This document shows, piece by piece, positions 41,325-54,696 of a stretch of 64,000 bases of DNA. The notes below the pieces were generated by a model, which was not told where the DNA came from, did no database searches, and saw only the letters and a list, made by a program, of their open reading frames with translations. The DNA is from Azolla caroliniana (lineage: Eukaryota > Plantae > Polypodiophyta), in assembly GCA_043228905.1 (NCBI GenBank), contig JBHGNT010000011.1, positions 15,066,001-15,130,000 of the forward strand. Direction: 5' to 3'. Position numbers and translations under genes: made by a program. Position 1 is the stretch's first letter. Each line of letters begins with the position of its first letter.

Positions 41325-44058
41325 TCCATTGGCAATTATTTCGCTATTCTCTTCATGGTGGTCTCTGGGGATGAATTCAGAGCTCAAAACTCCTTGCGAT
41401 ACATGTGGCTGTACTTTTCACTGTTCCATCATTAGGCAAGTTTTCATAATGATTTCTTTTATTACTATCAAAGGTTGTGCAACCGTTTGTATTTTATGGA
41501 ATCATTTGTTAGCATTGAGTCTTTAAAAAGGCAGACCATTTGATCAAGAAACCTATTTTGAAGAGCTATTGTAAATCAAGTAAATGAGACATAAGTCATG
41601 TTTGTTTATATGAAAAGTGTCACTAAATTTGTTGTAGACAATTGAGTTCTAATTCCATATAGAAGCACAGGAGCCTTGTTTACATAAGAGCTCACAATTT
41701 GAGCAAAATCTCTTAAAAAGAACTGTACTTTTCAGCTCTTCTCTGCACAACCGTGAAAAAGCTGTCATGAATTGAGTTTTAATGATGTCCTGGCTAATGG
41801 TTCTAATCTTGTTGAATTTGTTTTGTAGGTCTTGTAAAGTTGATGAGAACATGTGCAGCGACAATTTCGGGGATGAATATCAGCAAAATTAGCTATTGAA
41901 ATTATGCCTATGCTTATTCATTTTAGTATTTTTGAGCATAAATATATGGAGTAAGATACCTTTCCAGAATTGAATTTCATGCTTATTCCAGTATCCATTG
42001 CCATAGCTTGAAATTTCATATTTTTGTTGCATGCTCTTTTACGTTATGAATGTTCTCCAATAGGTAAAGATTTCTTTAATTTCCTCACAATCTTTAATTT
42101 CTTTAGAGTTTGGATTGTCTAAATATTCTTTATTCAATTCATTTTAAAGATTTTAACTGTGTTTTATTGGTTTATATTCTGGGGGTAGCCCATAATCTCA
42201 TCTTTATAAGATTCCTTTGAGCCCATTATGCAATGCCAGATATGATATGATTCGACTGATAAACAAATCAATGGTGCATTCTATTACTGGCTTTGTGATG
42301 CATTTATTTCAACTTTTGTCCGTTTAGAACATGGAATAAATCATGGAATCACATTTACACCATTTGCTTATCTAATGACCATTACCATCAGTAGTGTACG
42401 CAATTATATCCATAGGAAAAGCACTTGCCTTACCTAATTCCAAATGATTTGGATTAACGTATATTGTAATGCTTTTGTTTTCACATTGTTGCAAAATTTT
42501 TGTACAATGCATCAAAACATAGTGTTTTGAAATAAGTGCTTTACTCACAAAAGATCTAGATGTATGATTGAGTAGATGGATTAACAGGAAATATTATTTA
42601 GTACTGGATAGAAATTGATGACGTTATCATCTTGTCAATAATGATGCTAACAACTTGTCATTTGTTAGAAGGTGAGGAATTTTGTATGGCATGTTATTGA
42701 AATCAATCGGGCATGTGCTATTAGGATTGGCATGATATCATATCAATTAATGCACTGCACACCATGTTATAGAAATTACAAGATAAAGAAAGCTTCAATC
42801 GAGTGTGTGCTATTATGATTGGCATGATACCATATCGCTTAATGCAAATAGTCGGTAATCTTATGTGCTTACACTTAGAAAGTGGGGTTGTGTTACTTAA
42901 TGAATACTAATGGTTTAAATAGTTGATTATGCATTAATTAAGAAAACTTGAAATTGCTTCAACCAATTGCAACATTGACTATGATTTAGACGAGTTAAGC
43001 CAAATCATATCTTCCACCCTTTGACTATGATTTAGGGAAGTTTTGTCTTATTGAGAGCAACCAAAAGAAAAAGATGGTGATATAATCAAGATAAAAACTA
43101 AAATCATCCTAAATGTAAACACTATTGACATTAATCCTCCTATTCCAATGTTAAGGGAAATAACATCACGCTTCTCTAATTTTAATAACCCTATTATGAT
43201 TAGTATTTCTGATCTAAAAATTGTCATCAACCAAATATATGTAGCAAACATGACACATTATAATTTTTGGGGAATTACCCTAGAAATGATTAATGGCCAA
43301 CGGGCTTATAATGTGAAAAGGACCCTTTAGGGTTTCCAAGTTGTATAAAGGACTAGAGCTCTCATGTAAAGAAAAGGCCTTTGGGTGCCCCCATCTTTGG
43401 GGTTAGCAATGGGTCCAGTTTGGTTTTGGTTTAGTTCAGTTTCTTTGCCTTATAACCAAATTGAACCAAACCGAACCATTTATATAAAATAAAAACCAAA
43501 CCAAACGATTATAAACTCTCAAGCCATTTACAAAAGGTAAACGAAACCATTTGAATCAAAGCTGTTTAGGAAAAGTTAAAACCTAAGCAAACCATTTAAT
43601 AAAAAATTTAATCCTAACTATTCAAGTCAAATTAAATAAACAAAAATACATAAAATTAAATAAGCATTTAAGTTTAATTAATTAAATTAATAAAAAATAT
43701 CAATTAAACCATTAAATTAATAAACCGTTAAGGGGGTGGGGGGGAAGTATCGTCTCTTCACTGGCACTTTCGTCATAAATCTAGCACTTCTGTTTTGCTG
43801 GGAAATAATCTATCATTTCCGGGCTCCGCTCCAATTTTCACTTTATGTCCTAAATTTATCAATTCTTTTCCCTTTCTCATGCGTGAAAACGAGCGAAAAT
43901 GAATGAACAAATAATATTTCTAATGCAGAAGCAACGGAAGCTCCGTATCCATTACTCTTTTACAATCGATTATTTGATAGATTTGGAATGTGATGAGATA
44001 CACTCTAATCATCTCATAGGACTGCCCCGATGAAAACCAGCAGACAGACCGTACAAAA

Positions 44059-44333
44059 TGACGAGAACTCGACGTTCCTTATGTCCGACGCTCGGCCACA
44101 ACCGAGATTCTTTTCATACACAGAAAAACAGGTGATGAACTGCGACACAAAAGGGAGAAATGGTACACAGGAGGTTTACGTGGAAAACCCCAAAATAGGG
44201 AAAAAACCACGGCAGCCCACAGGCTGCAAACTGTCACTATGTAGGAATATACAACAGTGAGTTCACTGAGGCAACGACCTCGTGCTCTCAGATCTTCGCC
44301 ACAGGCGGCGGTTACAACAGAGGCAACGACCTC

Positions 44334-44368
<35 letters not shown>

Positions 44369-44792
44369 CAGTTACGCACTCTCTCTTCTTCTTGCTCCAA
44401 CAAGGAAGAATAACAACAACAAAAAAAACGACACACCTAAAAGTTTGCCCTAAGTCATATTTATACTAATATGACTTTTCGGCTATTTACAAATGTAGCC
44501 TCGATGGGCTCTCAAAAACATATTTACGAATATGTCTCCCCATCCGGCTCATACCGGGCCTACACCATCCGGCTCTCCGCAGTCGGGTACTCCCCATCCG
44601 GTTCATACCGGGCCTACACCATCCGGCTCTCCGCAGTCGGGTACTCCCCATCCGGTTCATACCGGGCCTACACCATCCGGCTCTCCGCAGTCGGGTACTC
44701 ACCATCCGGTTCATACCGGTTCGGCCTCGGCCGAGTTTGTTCGTCGGCACTGTTCTTCTCCCTTCCCATCCGGAGGGACCTGTTTCCCAACA
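44059..44792 (-). repeat. 3' LTR of Copia A (734 bp), containing a 25+29-bp tandem array
   Basis: Direct repeat of 54385-55146. The array ABABABA' lies at ~44540-44720. Confidence 0.95.
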
Positions 44793-47700
44793 AACTCCCC
44801 CTTCACTCCGGCATGGGGTGTCTTTCCAGCCCGATCCTCTTCCGGCATGCGTCCAGCTTGTCGGGTGTCAGCACTTTGGTCAGCATATCTGACCCGTTCT
44901 CGGCCGTGTGGATCTTCGTCAGTGCGAACTCCTGGTCATCTACCCTTTCCCAGATCCAGTGATACCTCCGCTGGATATGCTTCGTCCGGGAATGGTAGGC
45001 CGCATTCTTAGCAAGGTGGATGGCACTTTGACTGTCGCAGTAGAGTCGGTATTCCTCTTGCCGGATACCGAGCTCTCCGATGAAGTCCTTCATCCATAAT
45101 ATTTCCTTGCCGGCTTCTACAGTCGCCATGTACTCCGCCTCTGTGGTTGACAATGCAACCGTCTTCTGCAGCCTCGACTGCCACGAAACAGCTCCCCCTG
45201 CATATGTCATCACATACCCGGATGTAGACCGGCTGGTATCCACATCAGCCGACATGTCCGAATCGGTGAAACCGTCCAGTTGAGGTTTCCCGGAGCCGAA
45301 TCAGAGACACATATTTGAAGTGCCCTTCAAATACCGGAGTATCCATTTGACCGCGTTCCAATGCTCCTTGCCGGGATTACTCATGAACCGGCTCACCACT
45401 CCGACTGCGTATCCAACGTCCGGTCGGGTACAAACCATTGCATACATCAAGCTCCCGACGGCAGAGGCATATGGAATCTTCATCATATCTGCCTTCTCTC
45501 CTTTTTGTCTTCGGGCTTTGCTTGCCGAACAACTTGCAGTTTGCCGGAAGTGTCGATCCGACCGGTTTTGCATCTGACATGTTGAACCGGTGAAGCACCT
45601 TTGTCACATACTTCTCCTGTGACAGCCATAATTGCTTCACTGACCGGTCCCGAATGATGTGCATCCCCAATAGCTGTCTTGCCGGACCCAAGTCTTTCAT
45701 TAAGAAGGTCCGGTTGAGAGCCTTCTTCAGCATCCGTATTTTGCCTTGGTCTCGTCCGACGATCAACATGTCATCCACGTACAGGAGAAGTATCAGGAAG
45801 TCCCCTCCTTCGAACTTCTTCACGAACACGCAGTGATCGGCCTGCGTCTTATGGTACCCTTGATCGGTCATGAAGGAGTCGAACTTCCGGTACCATTGCA
45901 GGGGAGCCTGCTTCAGTCTGTACAAGCTCTTCTTCAACCGGCATACTAGGTGCTCCTTCCCTTTCTCCACAAATCCTTCCGGTTGCTGCATGTAGATTTC
46001 ATCTTCGAGGTCCCCGTGGAGGAATGCCGTCTTCACGTCCAGCTGCTCTACCTCGAGATCCATGCTTGATGCTATACTCAGCACCGTCCGGATGGAGGTC
46101 ATCTTTACTACCGAGGCGAATATTTCGTCGAAGTCCACGCCCTTCTTCTACTGGAACCCCTTCACCACGATCCTGGCTTTGTATCTCGGGGGGTTGCCAG
46201 CATCTCCCGGTTTCAACTTGAACACCCACTTGTTTCGGAGTGCCCGCTTTCCTTTCGGCAGCTCCACCAATTCGTACGTATGGTTCTCATGCAGGGAATC
46301 CATCTCATCCTGCATGGCACTTAACCATTTTCGGCTGTGGGTGTCTTCCTTCGCTTCTTCGAAGCTTTCCGGCTCCCCCTCATCGGTCAGCAGGACCTGC
46401 TCTGCATCCGGAAATCTCCGGGGCGCCCTTCTCTCTCTGAGAGGATATCTACGTCTTCGGGCTTCGGTAACCGGTTCCTCCATTTGCTCTTCATCCGAAT
46501 CCGATTCGGGGTCTTGACCGGTTCCGGTCTCAGCTTCCTCTACTTCTTCTTCTGCCGGTTCGGTATCCTCACCATAACCGGCTGGTTCCTCGAGTGCTAA
46601 CCGGTCTCTTGCCGGTTGGGTCTGCTCATTGTAGAGTCTATCCTTGCCGGTCGACTCGGAGTTCATTACCTTCTTCTCCGACTCCCAGTCGGCGAGCGTC
46701 TTGTCCTCCATGAAGATAATATCTCGACTCCGGAATACCTTCTTGTCGACCGGGTCCCACACTCGGTAGCCGAACTCATCGTCACCGTAACCGAGGAATA
46801 TGCATGGCCGGGTCTTTGGATCTAACTTTCCTCTCCGGTCCTTTGCTACATGCACGTACGCGAGACACCCGAACACCCTCAGATGCCGGTAGGACACTTC
46901 CTTACCAGTCCATACTCTCTGTGGCGTGTCTCCGTCCAAGGGTACTGAGGGTGATCTGTTTATCACATATGTCGCCGTCGACAATGCCTCAGCCCAAAAC
47001 TTCTTGGGTAGTTTTGCATGCGCTAGCATACTCCGAACCCTCTCCATTATGGTCCGGTTCATCCTCTCGGCCAATCCGTTTAGTTCCGGCGTCTTCGGCA
47101 CGGTAAATTCGAGCCGGATTCCCTTCGAGCGGCAGTAATCCTCGAACTGCCCCCGGTACTCACCTCCGTTATCTGCTCGAACCGCCTTCAACTTCCGGCC
47201 GGTTTCTCTTTCCACTCTCACGTGGAGCTCTTTGAAGACTGATAACACGTGATCCTTCGTCTTCAGCGGTGTGGCCCATAGCTTCCGGCTGTGGTCATCT
47301 ATGAACGTCACGAAGTACTGCGCTCCGGCATGTGACTTCGTGTCTACTTGACAAACATCCGTATGCACCAACTCCAGTGGTGCATTACGTCTCATCGGTG
47401 GCCTTGGTCGGAAGGAGGTTCGGTTCTGCTTACCGGCCAGACAATCAGTGCACTTCTCTAAGTGCACGTTCTTCACTGGAATGAGGTTGTCGTCTCCAAG
47501 CCTCTTCATCCCCTTCTCACTCATGTGACATAGCCTCTTGTGCCACAGTTCACCGGCAGTGTCGGAAGCCACGTTCACTTCTTCCGGACATAACCGGGCA
47601 TTCATCAGGTACAATGTGTTTACCTTCCGGGCCCGAGCCACAATCAGGCTCCCTTTGTTGAACTTCATGACACCGTTCCGGATGCTACCCGTGTAGCCTT

Positions 47701-48540
47701 CATCATCCAGCCGACCGGCTGATATCAGGTTCAGACGAACTTCCGGAACGTGTCAGACATCCTTCAACAGCAACTTGCATCCGGTTGGTGTTGTCAGCCA
47801 CACGTCTCCTATGCCGACAATTCGGCATGTTCCTTCATTCCCCATCCGGACACAGCCGTGATCACCGACTGAGTAGGATGAGAAGCATTTCCGGTCCGGG
47901 GTAAGGTGGAACGACGCTCCGGAGTCTACCACCCAGGTCATCTCGTCGCCGGCATGGTTTATCTCACTCTCCTCGGTGATGAGCATCAACTCCTCTTCAC
48001 TTGCCGCAATTGTCGTCGTTCCCTTCCGGTCCGGCCCCCTCCGGTCTTTACCGTTCCGGTCTGTACCGTTCCAGTTCGGGGTTTGCTTCGAATCGGTACC
48101 GTCGGTTTCCTTGTCTTTACGGAAATGCCGACAGTTCTTTTGGAAGTGTCCTGGCTTGCCGCAATAGAAGCAAGTAGGCCTCCCCCTTGACTTTGACCGT
48201 GTCCCCGACTTCTCCTGGTTCTGGGGACTACGATTTCTATGTCTTCCGCGTTCCGATTCGGTAAGGAGCGCTTTGGAGTCGGAGCTCGTATCTTTGTCTT
48301 TCCGACGAGCCTCCTCATCTAGCAAGCTCGACTTTACTCTTGCTAGGGATAACCGTTTTCCTTCCGGCCCGGCGTTGCCTAAAGTGACAACCAACGTCTC
48401 CCAACTATCCGGGAGGGAACCGAGCAGGAGTAGCGCTAGGACCTCATCGGCAAGAGGTACTTCCAATGACGTTGCCTAGTGGATCAGCCCCTGGCAGGCA
48501 TTCATATGCTCCGCCATGCTGGAGCCATCTTGGTACCGGA

Positions 48541-51500
48541 TGTCGAATACAAGTGTATAATGGACGTATTCACACTATCCCTTCGGGCCATTTGTGTAAT
48601 TAGCATAAATGGTAGTTGCCCTAAGTCGGTCACTATATATAGTGACCTTGTAACCTTTTTGTAAGGTTGGGTGTTGTATTATTGCTTTGTGGAATAAAGA
48701 GTCTTTTGTGTGTGTGTCTCTCTCTCTCTCTCTCTCTGTGCAACGACCTAGAAACTGTCATACGCAGGTACTCAACAGCAATCGAATGCTTCTTGATCTT
48801 CCGCATAAACGACCTTGTCCCCCAACATCTGGTATCAGAGCCTGCACAGTATTCGGTCCTTCAATCCGCTGTCGGACGTCGTCTCAGCCTGCACAGCATT
48901 CGGTTTCTTGCGTCATTCGAAGAAGAGAGAAGAAGAAGAAAAACGAGGCTCGCATCTCATCGCGTTAGATCATCTTCGCTTGGAGTAAGCCAACAGGTTG
49001 TACTCTGTTCCTTGTGATCGTAACCGCTCGAGGTGAAATCCCCTTGTGCAACATTGACACGATCGTGCTCCACTCGGTTAAACGGCATCCGAAGAGGTCA
49101 TCAAACGCTGCTCGCCGCTCATTGTAACCACTCGGTGCAGATCGGTCTCAAGACAACAACCCCAATTCGTGCTTCATCCGGCTGATCGACATTCGAGAGG
49201 ATCAGTTGGATCTGTCTCTCTCGTCGCTGCAGCCACCCGAAGCAGAATCGGTCCAGACAATCGGTTTCAATAATCGGTATTCGGCATATATATCCGAAGC
49301 GAACCGGGCTCACTCCGACTCAGCAACATTCGGGAAGACCAGTCGGTTCTGTCCCTCAAGTTACCGGAGTCAATTCGAGCAAGTTCAACAATACATATAT
49401 CCGAAGCCGAACCGACTCGGGTTCAAATCCGACTAGAACGATATCGGGTGAGCCAACCGGCTGCACTCCAACAAGGTTCGTAGTCAACTCCGAACCGAGC
49501 CCCGTCAACCGAAACCAAATTTGATGGCATCAACATCCGGCTCGTCAGAAATGAGTCTACACAAGTTCGATGGATTGAACTTCAACTTCTGGAAGGAACA
49601 AATGCAGGACTATCTCATAGTCAAGGGGCAAATCGATCCCATCGAAAATGAAGAACCTCCAGAAGGATACAAACCAATTGAGTGGCAGAAGCTGGACAGA
49701 ATCGTCCGCGCCACGATTCGGATGCACCTATCGGAATCGGTATACTTTACGGTGCAATCGTGTACGACAACATTCGAACTGTGGAAAACACTGTCGGACA
49801 TTTACGAAAAGAAGGTCGCCGCAACGAAGATGTTTCTGATTCGGCGCCTCTACAACTTGCCGATGAAAGAATCCGATTCGGTTCAAGCACATCTAAATGA
49901 GTACGAAAGCATAAGCTCCCAAATCTCGTCACAGGGGACGGCAATCGAGGATGAACTCAGAGCAATGATACTCATGAGCAGCCTTCCCTCATCATGGGAA
50001 ACTTTCGTCACAACCGTGTGCAACGCGTCAACCACGGCTGTTAAATACTCCGAAGTCACGAGCGCAATCCTGACCGAAGCAGCTCGGAGAAAGTCTTTCG
50101 CCAAAGACTCAACAGACGACGCTTACGTAGTACAAGGTTCGACAGACCGATCGAACATACGAGGAAGAGATTCCTCACGGCCGCCGAACAATCAGCGAAG
50201 ACGGAGCCAGTCACGGGAAAACCGAATCTGCAACTATTGCAAGAAACCCGGACACATCAAAGCCGACTGCCGCGCACTCAAGAACAAGAACAACAAGAAG
50301 AGTGGCCGGCATGAGGAGATCAATTACATCAGCTTCTCAGCTGATGTGCTACCAAACGACCCGAATATACTATCAATCGAAAATCCAGTCGGCTCAGAAG
50401 TTCTGCTCACGACTGAAGAATCGAGCACATGGCTCTTGGATTCGGGTGCGTCATTTCACGTGACTCCTCATCGATCCCAATTTCGGCAATATACGATCCG
50501 TCACTCCGACTCAGTTCGAGTCGGTAACTCACAACACTGTGACATCATCGGAATCGGCACAGTAGAGCTCAACCTTGCAGGTGGCTCTACACTTGTACTT
50601 CACAATGTCCGACATGTACCCGAGCTCTCAAGGCCATTGATCTCAGTCGGACAACTAGATGAAGACGGCATTCGTGCCGGTTTTTCTTCGGGAGGGTGGA
50701 CACTCCACAGGGGGAACCTCCTGCTTGCTAGAGGACCCAAGATACACTCACTGTATCCGTTACATGTTACGCTCAGAGAGGGTAACCTGTTTTTGGTGGA
50801 TATTCCTGTGTCATCACTATGGCACCGAAGATTAGGACACCTCAGCAAGGCCGGCATTACGCATCTATCTAGAGCCGGATACATCCCCAAACTCTCCTTC
50901 TCCGACCATCAATTCTGCGAGCATTGCCAGTATGGCAAACAAGCAGCCGCATCACACCCGACATCAGCACCAAGAGAAACGAGACCTCTCGATTTAGTCC
51001 ATTCGGACGTCTGTGGCCCAATGCCGCATCAGTCTCTAGGCGGTGCCTCTTACTTCGTCAGTTTTATTGACGATTCGACTCGAAAGGTGTGGGCTTATCC
51101 AATTCGCACCAAAGATCGTGTCTTCTCGATCTTCACCGATTGGCTCGCTATGGTAGAAAATCAAACCGACCGAAAGCTGAAATGCTTTCGGACAGACAAT
51201 GGGGGAGAGTTCAAATCCGAAGAATTCGTCAAATTCTGCCGACAACGCGGCATCCGACGTGAATTTACGGCACCACACAGCCCGGAGCAAAACGGGATTG
51301 CCGAACGCATGAATCGGACAATCCAAGAACGGATAGTTTCCATGCTCCAACACTCCGGACTGTCGGATGGCTTCTGGGCAGAGGCTCTACTCACGGCAGT
51401 ACACATAATCAATATGTCGCCAAGTAGACCTCTAGGACTTCAAATTCCTCAGGAACTATGGATCGGCAGTAAGCCGAATTACGACAAGCTGAGGATCTTC

Positions 51501-53898
51501 GGATGCGAGGCGTACGCCCTTATTCCGAAAGATGATCGCCGAAAACTTGCACCTCGGTCCAGGAAATGCATTTTCCTCGGATATGGATCCGACGGCGAAA
51601 TGGGATACCGACTCTGGGATCCCGAACGCAGACAAATCGTCCGAAGTTCGGACGTTGTGTTCAACGAGTCGGCTATGAATCCATCAGTCGAAAAACCGAT
51701 CGAAGTCCGAAGGGTAACATTTTCCGATGTGCCGACCCTTCAAGAAGGCCCCGCTCTTAACACACGGTCAGCTTCACGGGTAGCTGAACCTTACACTACC
51801 GACTCGGACAACCCCGACTCGGCACAGCAAAACAATCCGCTTTCGGACCATCCGACCTCGATACCCGATGCGACCAGTCCAATCATACCTCGACGATCCG
51901 AGAGACTGTCGCAACCTCCGGAGAGGTATTCTCCTGGAATTTTCTTCACCGACGCCGGCGAACCGACGTCTTACGAAGAAGCATCGACATCTGTCGATTC
52001 CGCCACCTGGCATCTGGCGATGGAGTCGGAAATGCACTCCATTCGGGCAAACAAGACTTGGGATATGGTCGAATTACCTAGGAACCGACGTGCTCTTCCT
52101 TGCAAGTGGGTTTATCGACTAAAAGAGACGTCTGATTCGACCACCCCAAAGTACAAGGCCAGATTAGTTGCGAAGGGCTTCCGACAAGAATATGGTGTCG
52201 ACTTCGACGAGATTTTTTCACCAGTGGTGAAAATGACAACCCTTCGTTTTCTACTCGGCGTAGTGGCAGCCGACAACCTGGAGCTGATTCAGCTAGATGT
52301 CAAAACAGCATTCCTCCATGGTGATCTTGAAGAGGAAATTTATATGGAGCAGCCAAAAGGCTTCGTTGCTACTGGCCAAGAACATCTAGTCTGCCGACTC
52401 AGGAAGAGTCTATACGGCCTCAAACAGGCACCACGACAATGGTACAAGAAGTTCGACGACTTCATCCAATCGATCGGCTTCTCAAAAAGCGATGAGGACC
52501 ATTGTCTCTTCACCAACACAGCTCAAGATGGATCACCCATCTTCCTCATCATTTACGTGGACGACATGCTAATTTCTGGACGCCACGCGGGCGAACTTGC
52601 CGATCTCATTCGGCAACTGCGGTTGAAGTTTGCCATGAAGGACCTCGGTCCGGCACGACACATACTCGGCATGAAGATTAGTCGGCATCGCGATAAACGA
52701 CATCTTTTTTTGTCTCAGACCGACTATATCCGACGTGTCTTGGAACGCTTCAACATGCAATCAGCCAAATCTGCTTCAACCCCGCTCCCCATGAATCTTC
52801 GGCTCTCTCAGCGAGACTGCCCGACATCCGGCCCGGAGGGGGAAGATATGAAGTCGGTACCGTATGCACCGGCAGTCGGCTCCCTTATGTACCTGATGGT
52901 CGCGACACGGCCTGATATTTCTCACGCCGTAGGAGTCGTTAGCAGATTTATGCACAATCCCGGCCGATCGCATTGGAACGCAGTCAAGCATGTGTTCAGA
53001 TATCTGGATGGCACAAAAGACCACGGCATTCTCTTCGGTCCGAACCGAACCTCAGGCGTAGTCGGTTACACCGACTCGGACTTCGCCGGCTGTATAGACA
53101 GTCGGAAATCAACAACCGGATACTGCTTCAAATTCGGCAATGGAGCAATTTCGTGGAAGTCGAAACTTCAGGAGTGCACAGCGACCTCAACGACCGAAGC
53201 AGAATATGTAGTTGCGTCCGACGCAGCAAAAGAAGCCTTATGGCTCGGTCGGCTGGCGCACACGTTTCGGCAAGTCGACCATGACTCGGCCCCAGTTGTC
53301 TATAGCGACAGTCAAGGTGCTGTTGCCTTGTCGAGAAATCCGGTTCACCACAACGCCTCCAAACATATCGACGTTCGATATCACTTCGTTCGGGACTGCG
53401 TCATTTCAGGGAAAATCGGTCTAGAGAAAATATCCACAACCGACAATGTCGCAGATGGAATGACCAAGTGTCTTTCGGCAGACCGCTTTCGGTCTCTTCG
53501 GCATCAGATGGGCGTAACGACAAACCAGTCCGGTTAGAGCCGGACACAGCGCAGGATGGTTTCCGACAACCGACATCAGTTCCTTAATGATCGGCTTCAA
53601 CTCTTCCGACCCGACCAGTTCGGTCTTCTGCCTTCGGACCCTGCCGACTCGAACAAAAACTGATATGTCCGAGAACCTAAGTTTATACTTGTAATCTTAG
53701 ATAACCCATGTATACGCCCATTACGGGGGAGTGTCGAATACAAGTGTATAATGGACGTATTCACACTATCCCTTCGGGCCATTTGTGTAATTAGCATAAA
53801 TGGTAGTTGCCCTAAGTCGGTCACTATATATAGTGACCTTGTAACCTTTTTGTAAGGTTGGGTGTTGTATTATTGCTTTGTGGAATAAAGAGTCTTTT

Positions 53899-53938
<40 letters not shown>

Positions 53939-54024
53939 AACGACCTAGAAACTGTCATACGCAGGTACTCAACAGCAATCGAATGCTTCTTGATCTTCCG
54001 CATAGACGACCTTGTCCCCCAACA
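48541..54024 (+). mobile_element. Intact young Ty1/Copia retrotransposon B nested in Copia A
   Basis: LTRs are at 48541-48827 (287 bp) and 53732-54024 (293 bp), TG...CA, with a 5-bp TSD CCGGA (48536-48540 / 54025-54029). The PBS TGGTATCAGAGCC is at 48830-48842 and the PPT GGGGGAG precedes 53732. The gag-pol ORF is single and uninterrupted. Confidence 0.98.
49524..53537 (+). CDS. Copia B gag-pol polyprotein (~1337 aa), intact
   Basis: The ATG is at 49524. Motifs: KFDGLNFNFWK, SSLPSSW, CNYCKKPGHIKADC, protease WLLDSGAS, LWHRRLGH/CEHC, integrase SDVCGP..TDNGGEF..NGIAERMN, RT YKARLVAKGF/LDVKTAFL/YVDD and RNase H DSDFAG..EAEY..HIDVRYH. Confidence 0.97.
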   Translation: MASTSGSSEMSLHKFDGLNFNFWKEQMQDYLIVKGQIDPIENEEPPEGYKPIEWQKLDRIVRATIRMHLSESVYFTVQSCTTTFELWKTLSDIYEKKVAATKMFLIRRLYNLPMKESDSVQAHLNEYESISSQISSQGTAIEDELRAMILMSSLPSSWETFVTTVCNASTTAVKYSEVTSAILTEAARRKSFAKDSTDDAYVVQGSTDRSNIRGRDSSRPPNNQRRRSQSRENRICNYCKKPGHIKADCRALKNKNNKKSGRHEEINYISFSADVLPNDPNILSIENPVGSEVLLTTEESSTWLLDSGASFHVTPHRSQFRQYTIRHSDSVRVGNSQHCDIIGIGTVELNLAGGSTLVLHNVRHVPELSRPLISVGQLDEDGIRAGFSSGGWTLHRGNLLLARGPKIHSLYPLHVTLREGNLFLVDIPVSSLWHRRLGHLSKAGITHLSRAGYIPKLSFSDHQFCEHCQYGKQAAASHPTSAPRETRPLDLVHSDVCGPMPHQSLGGASYFVSFIDDSTRKVWAYPIRTKDRVFSIFTDWLAMVENQTDRKLKCFRTDNGGEFKSEEFVKFCRQRGIRREFTAPHSPEQNGIAERMNRTIQERIVSMLQHSGLSDGFWAEALLTAVHIINMSPSRPLGLQIPQELWIGSKPNYDKLRIFGCEAYALIPKDDRRKLAPRSRKCIFLGYGSDGEMGYRLWDPERRQIVRSSDVVFNESAMNPSVEKPIEVRRVTFSDVPTLQEGPALNTRSASRVAEPYTTDSDNPDSAQQNNPLSDHPTSIPDATSPIIPRRSERLSQPPERYSPGIFFTDAGEPTSYEEASTSVDSATWHLAMESEMHSIRANKTWDMVELPRNRRALPCKWVYRLKETSDSTTPKYKARLVAKGFRQEYGVDFDEIFSPVVKMTTLRFLLGVVAADNLELIQLDVKTAFLHGDLEEEIYMEQPKGFVATGQEHLVCRLRKSLYGLKQAPRQWYKKFDDFIQSIGFSKSDEDHCLFTNTAQDGSPIFLIIYVDDMLISGRHAGELADLIRQLRLKFAMKDLGPARHILGMKISRHRDKRHLFLSQTDYIRRVLERFNMQSAKSASTPLPMNLRLSQRDCPTSGPEGEDMKSVPYAPAVGSLMYLMVATRPDISHAVGVVSRFMHNPGRSHWNAVKHVFRYLDGTKDHGILFGPNRTSGVVGYTDSDFAGCIDSRKSTTGYCFKFGNGAISWKSKLQECTATSTTEAEYVVASDAAKEALWLGRLAHTFRQVDHDSAPVVYSDSQGAVALSRNPVHHNASKHIDVRYHFVRDCVISGKIGLEKISTTDNVADGMTKCLSADRFRSLRHQMGVTTNQSG

Positions 54025-54384
54025 CCGGAGTCTTACTAGCTTCCGGAATACCGACACCTGATTGACAGCATTTTTGTTCTGGAACATTATGTCGATCTTC
54101 TCCCAGAGCTCATGAGCCTTGCTCTCTTCATTGAAGTTGTTGTACAGGCTCATGTCGATGAAGCACCGTATGTACGCCGTTGTCTTCATGTGCATCACCT
54201 CCCAAATCGCGGCGTCGATTTTGTTCGGTCTCTTGTCCCCGAACTGAACCGGCAGCCAGAGGTCTTTAACCACGAGCATGTCCCTCATCTTCGACTTCCA
54301 CACTGAATAGTTGGAGCCGGTGAGCTTGAACATGCCGCCAAACGATTCGTCCATTTTCTGTGTCGATTTTGCTCTGATACCACT

Positions 54385-54659
54385 CGACGAGAACTCGACG
54401 TTCCTTATGTCCGACGCTCGGCCACAACCGAGATTCTTTTCATACACAGAAAAACAGGTGATGAACTGCGACACAAAAGGGAGAAATGGTACACAGGAGG
54501 TTTACGTGGAAAACCCCAAAATAGGGAAAAAACCACGGCAGCCCACAGGCTGCAAACTGTCACTATGTAGGAATATACAACAGTGAGTTCACTGAGGCAA
54601 CGACCTCGTGCTCTCAGATCTTCGCCACAGGCGGCGGTTACAACAAAGGCAACGACCTC

Positions 54660-54696
<37 letters not shown>

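Larger units (their letters stand above)
44803..54354 (-). pseudogene. Copia A gag-pol, disrupted by stops, frameshifts and the Copia B insertion
   Basis: The gag start MDESFGGMFKLTGSNYSVWK is at 54354 and the frame resumes below 48540. Motifs: LLLLGSLPDSW, CFYCGKPGHFQKNC, protease WVVDSGAS, LWHKRLCH, integrase ADNGGEY/NGLAERMN, RT LDVKTAFL/YVDD and RNase H RTKHI. Confidence 0.93.

Noticed and set aside
44471-45011. Repetitive ORFs (SPSGSYRAYTIRLSAVGY)n in the Copia A LTRs
   Set aside because: They are translations of the 54-bp U3 array and are open in several frames. The spacers are identical, so it is not a CRISPR array either.
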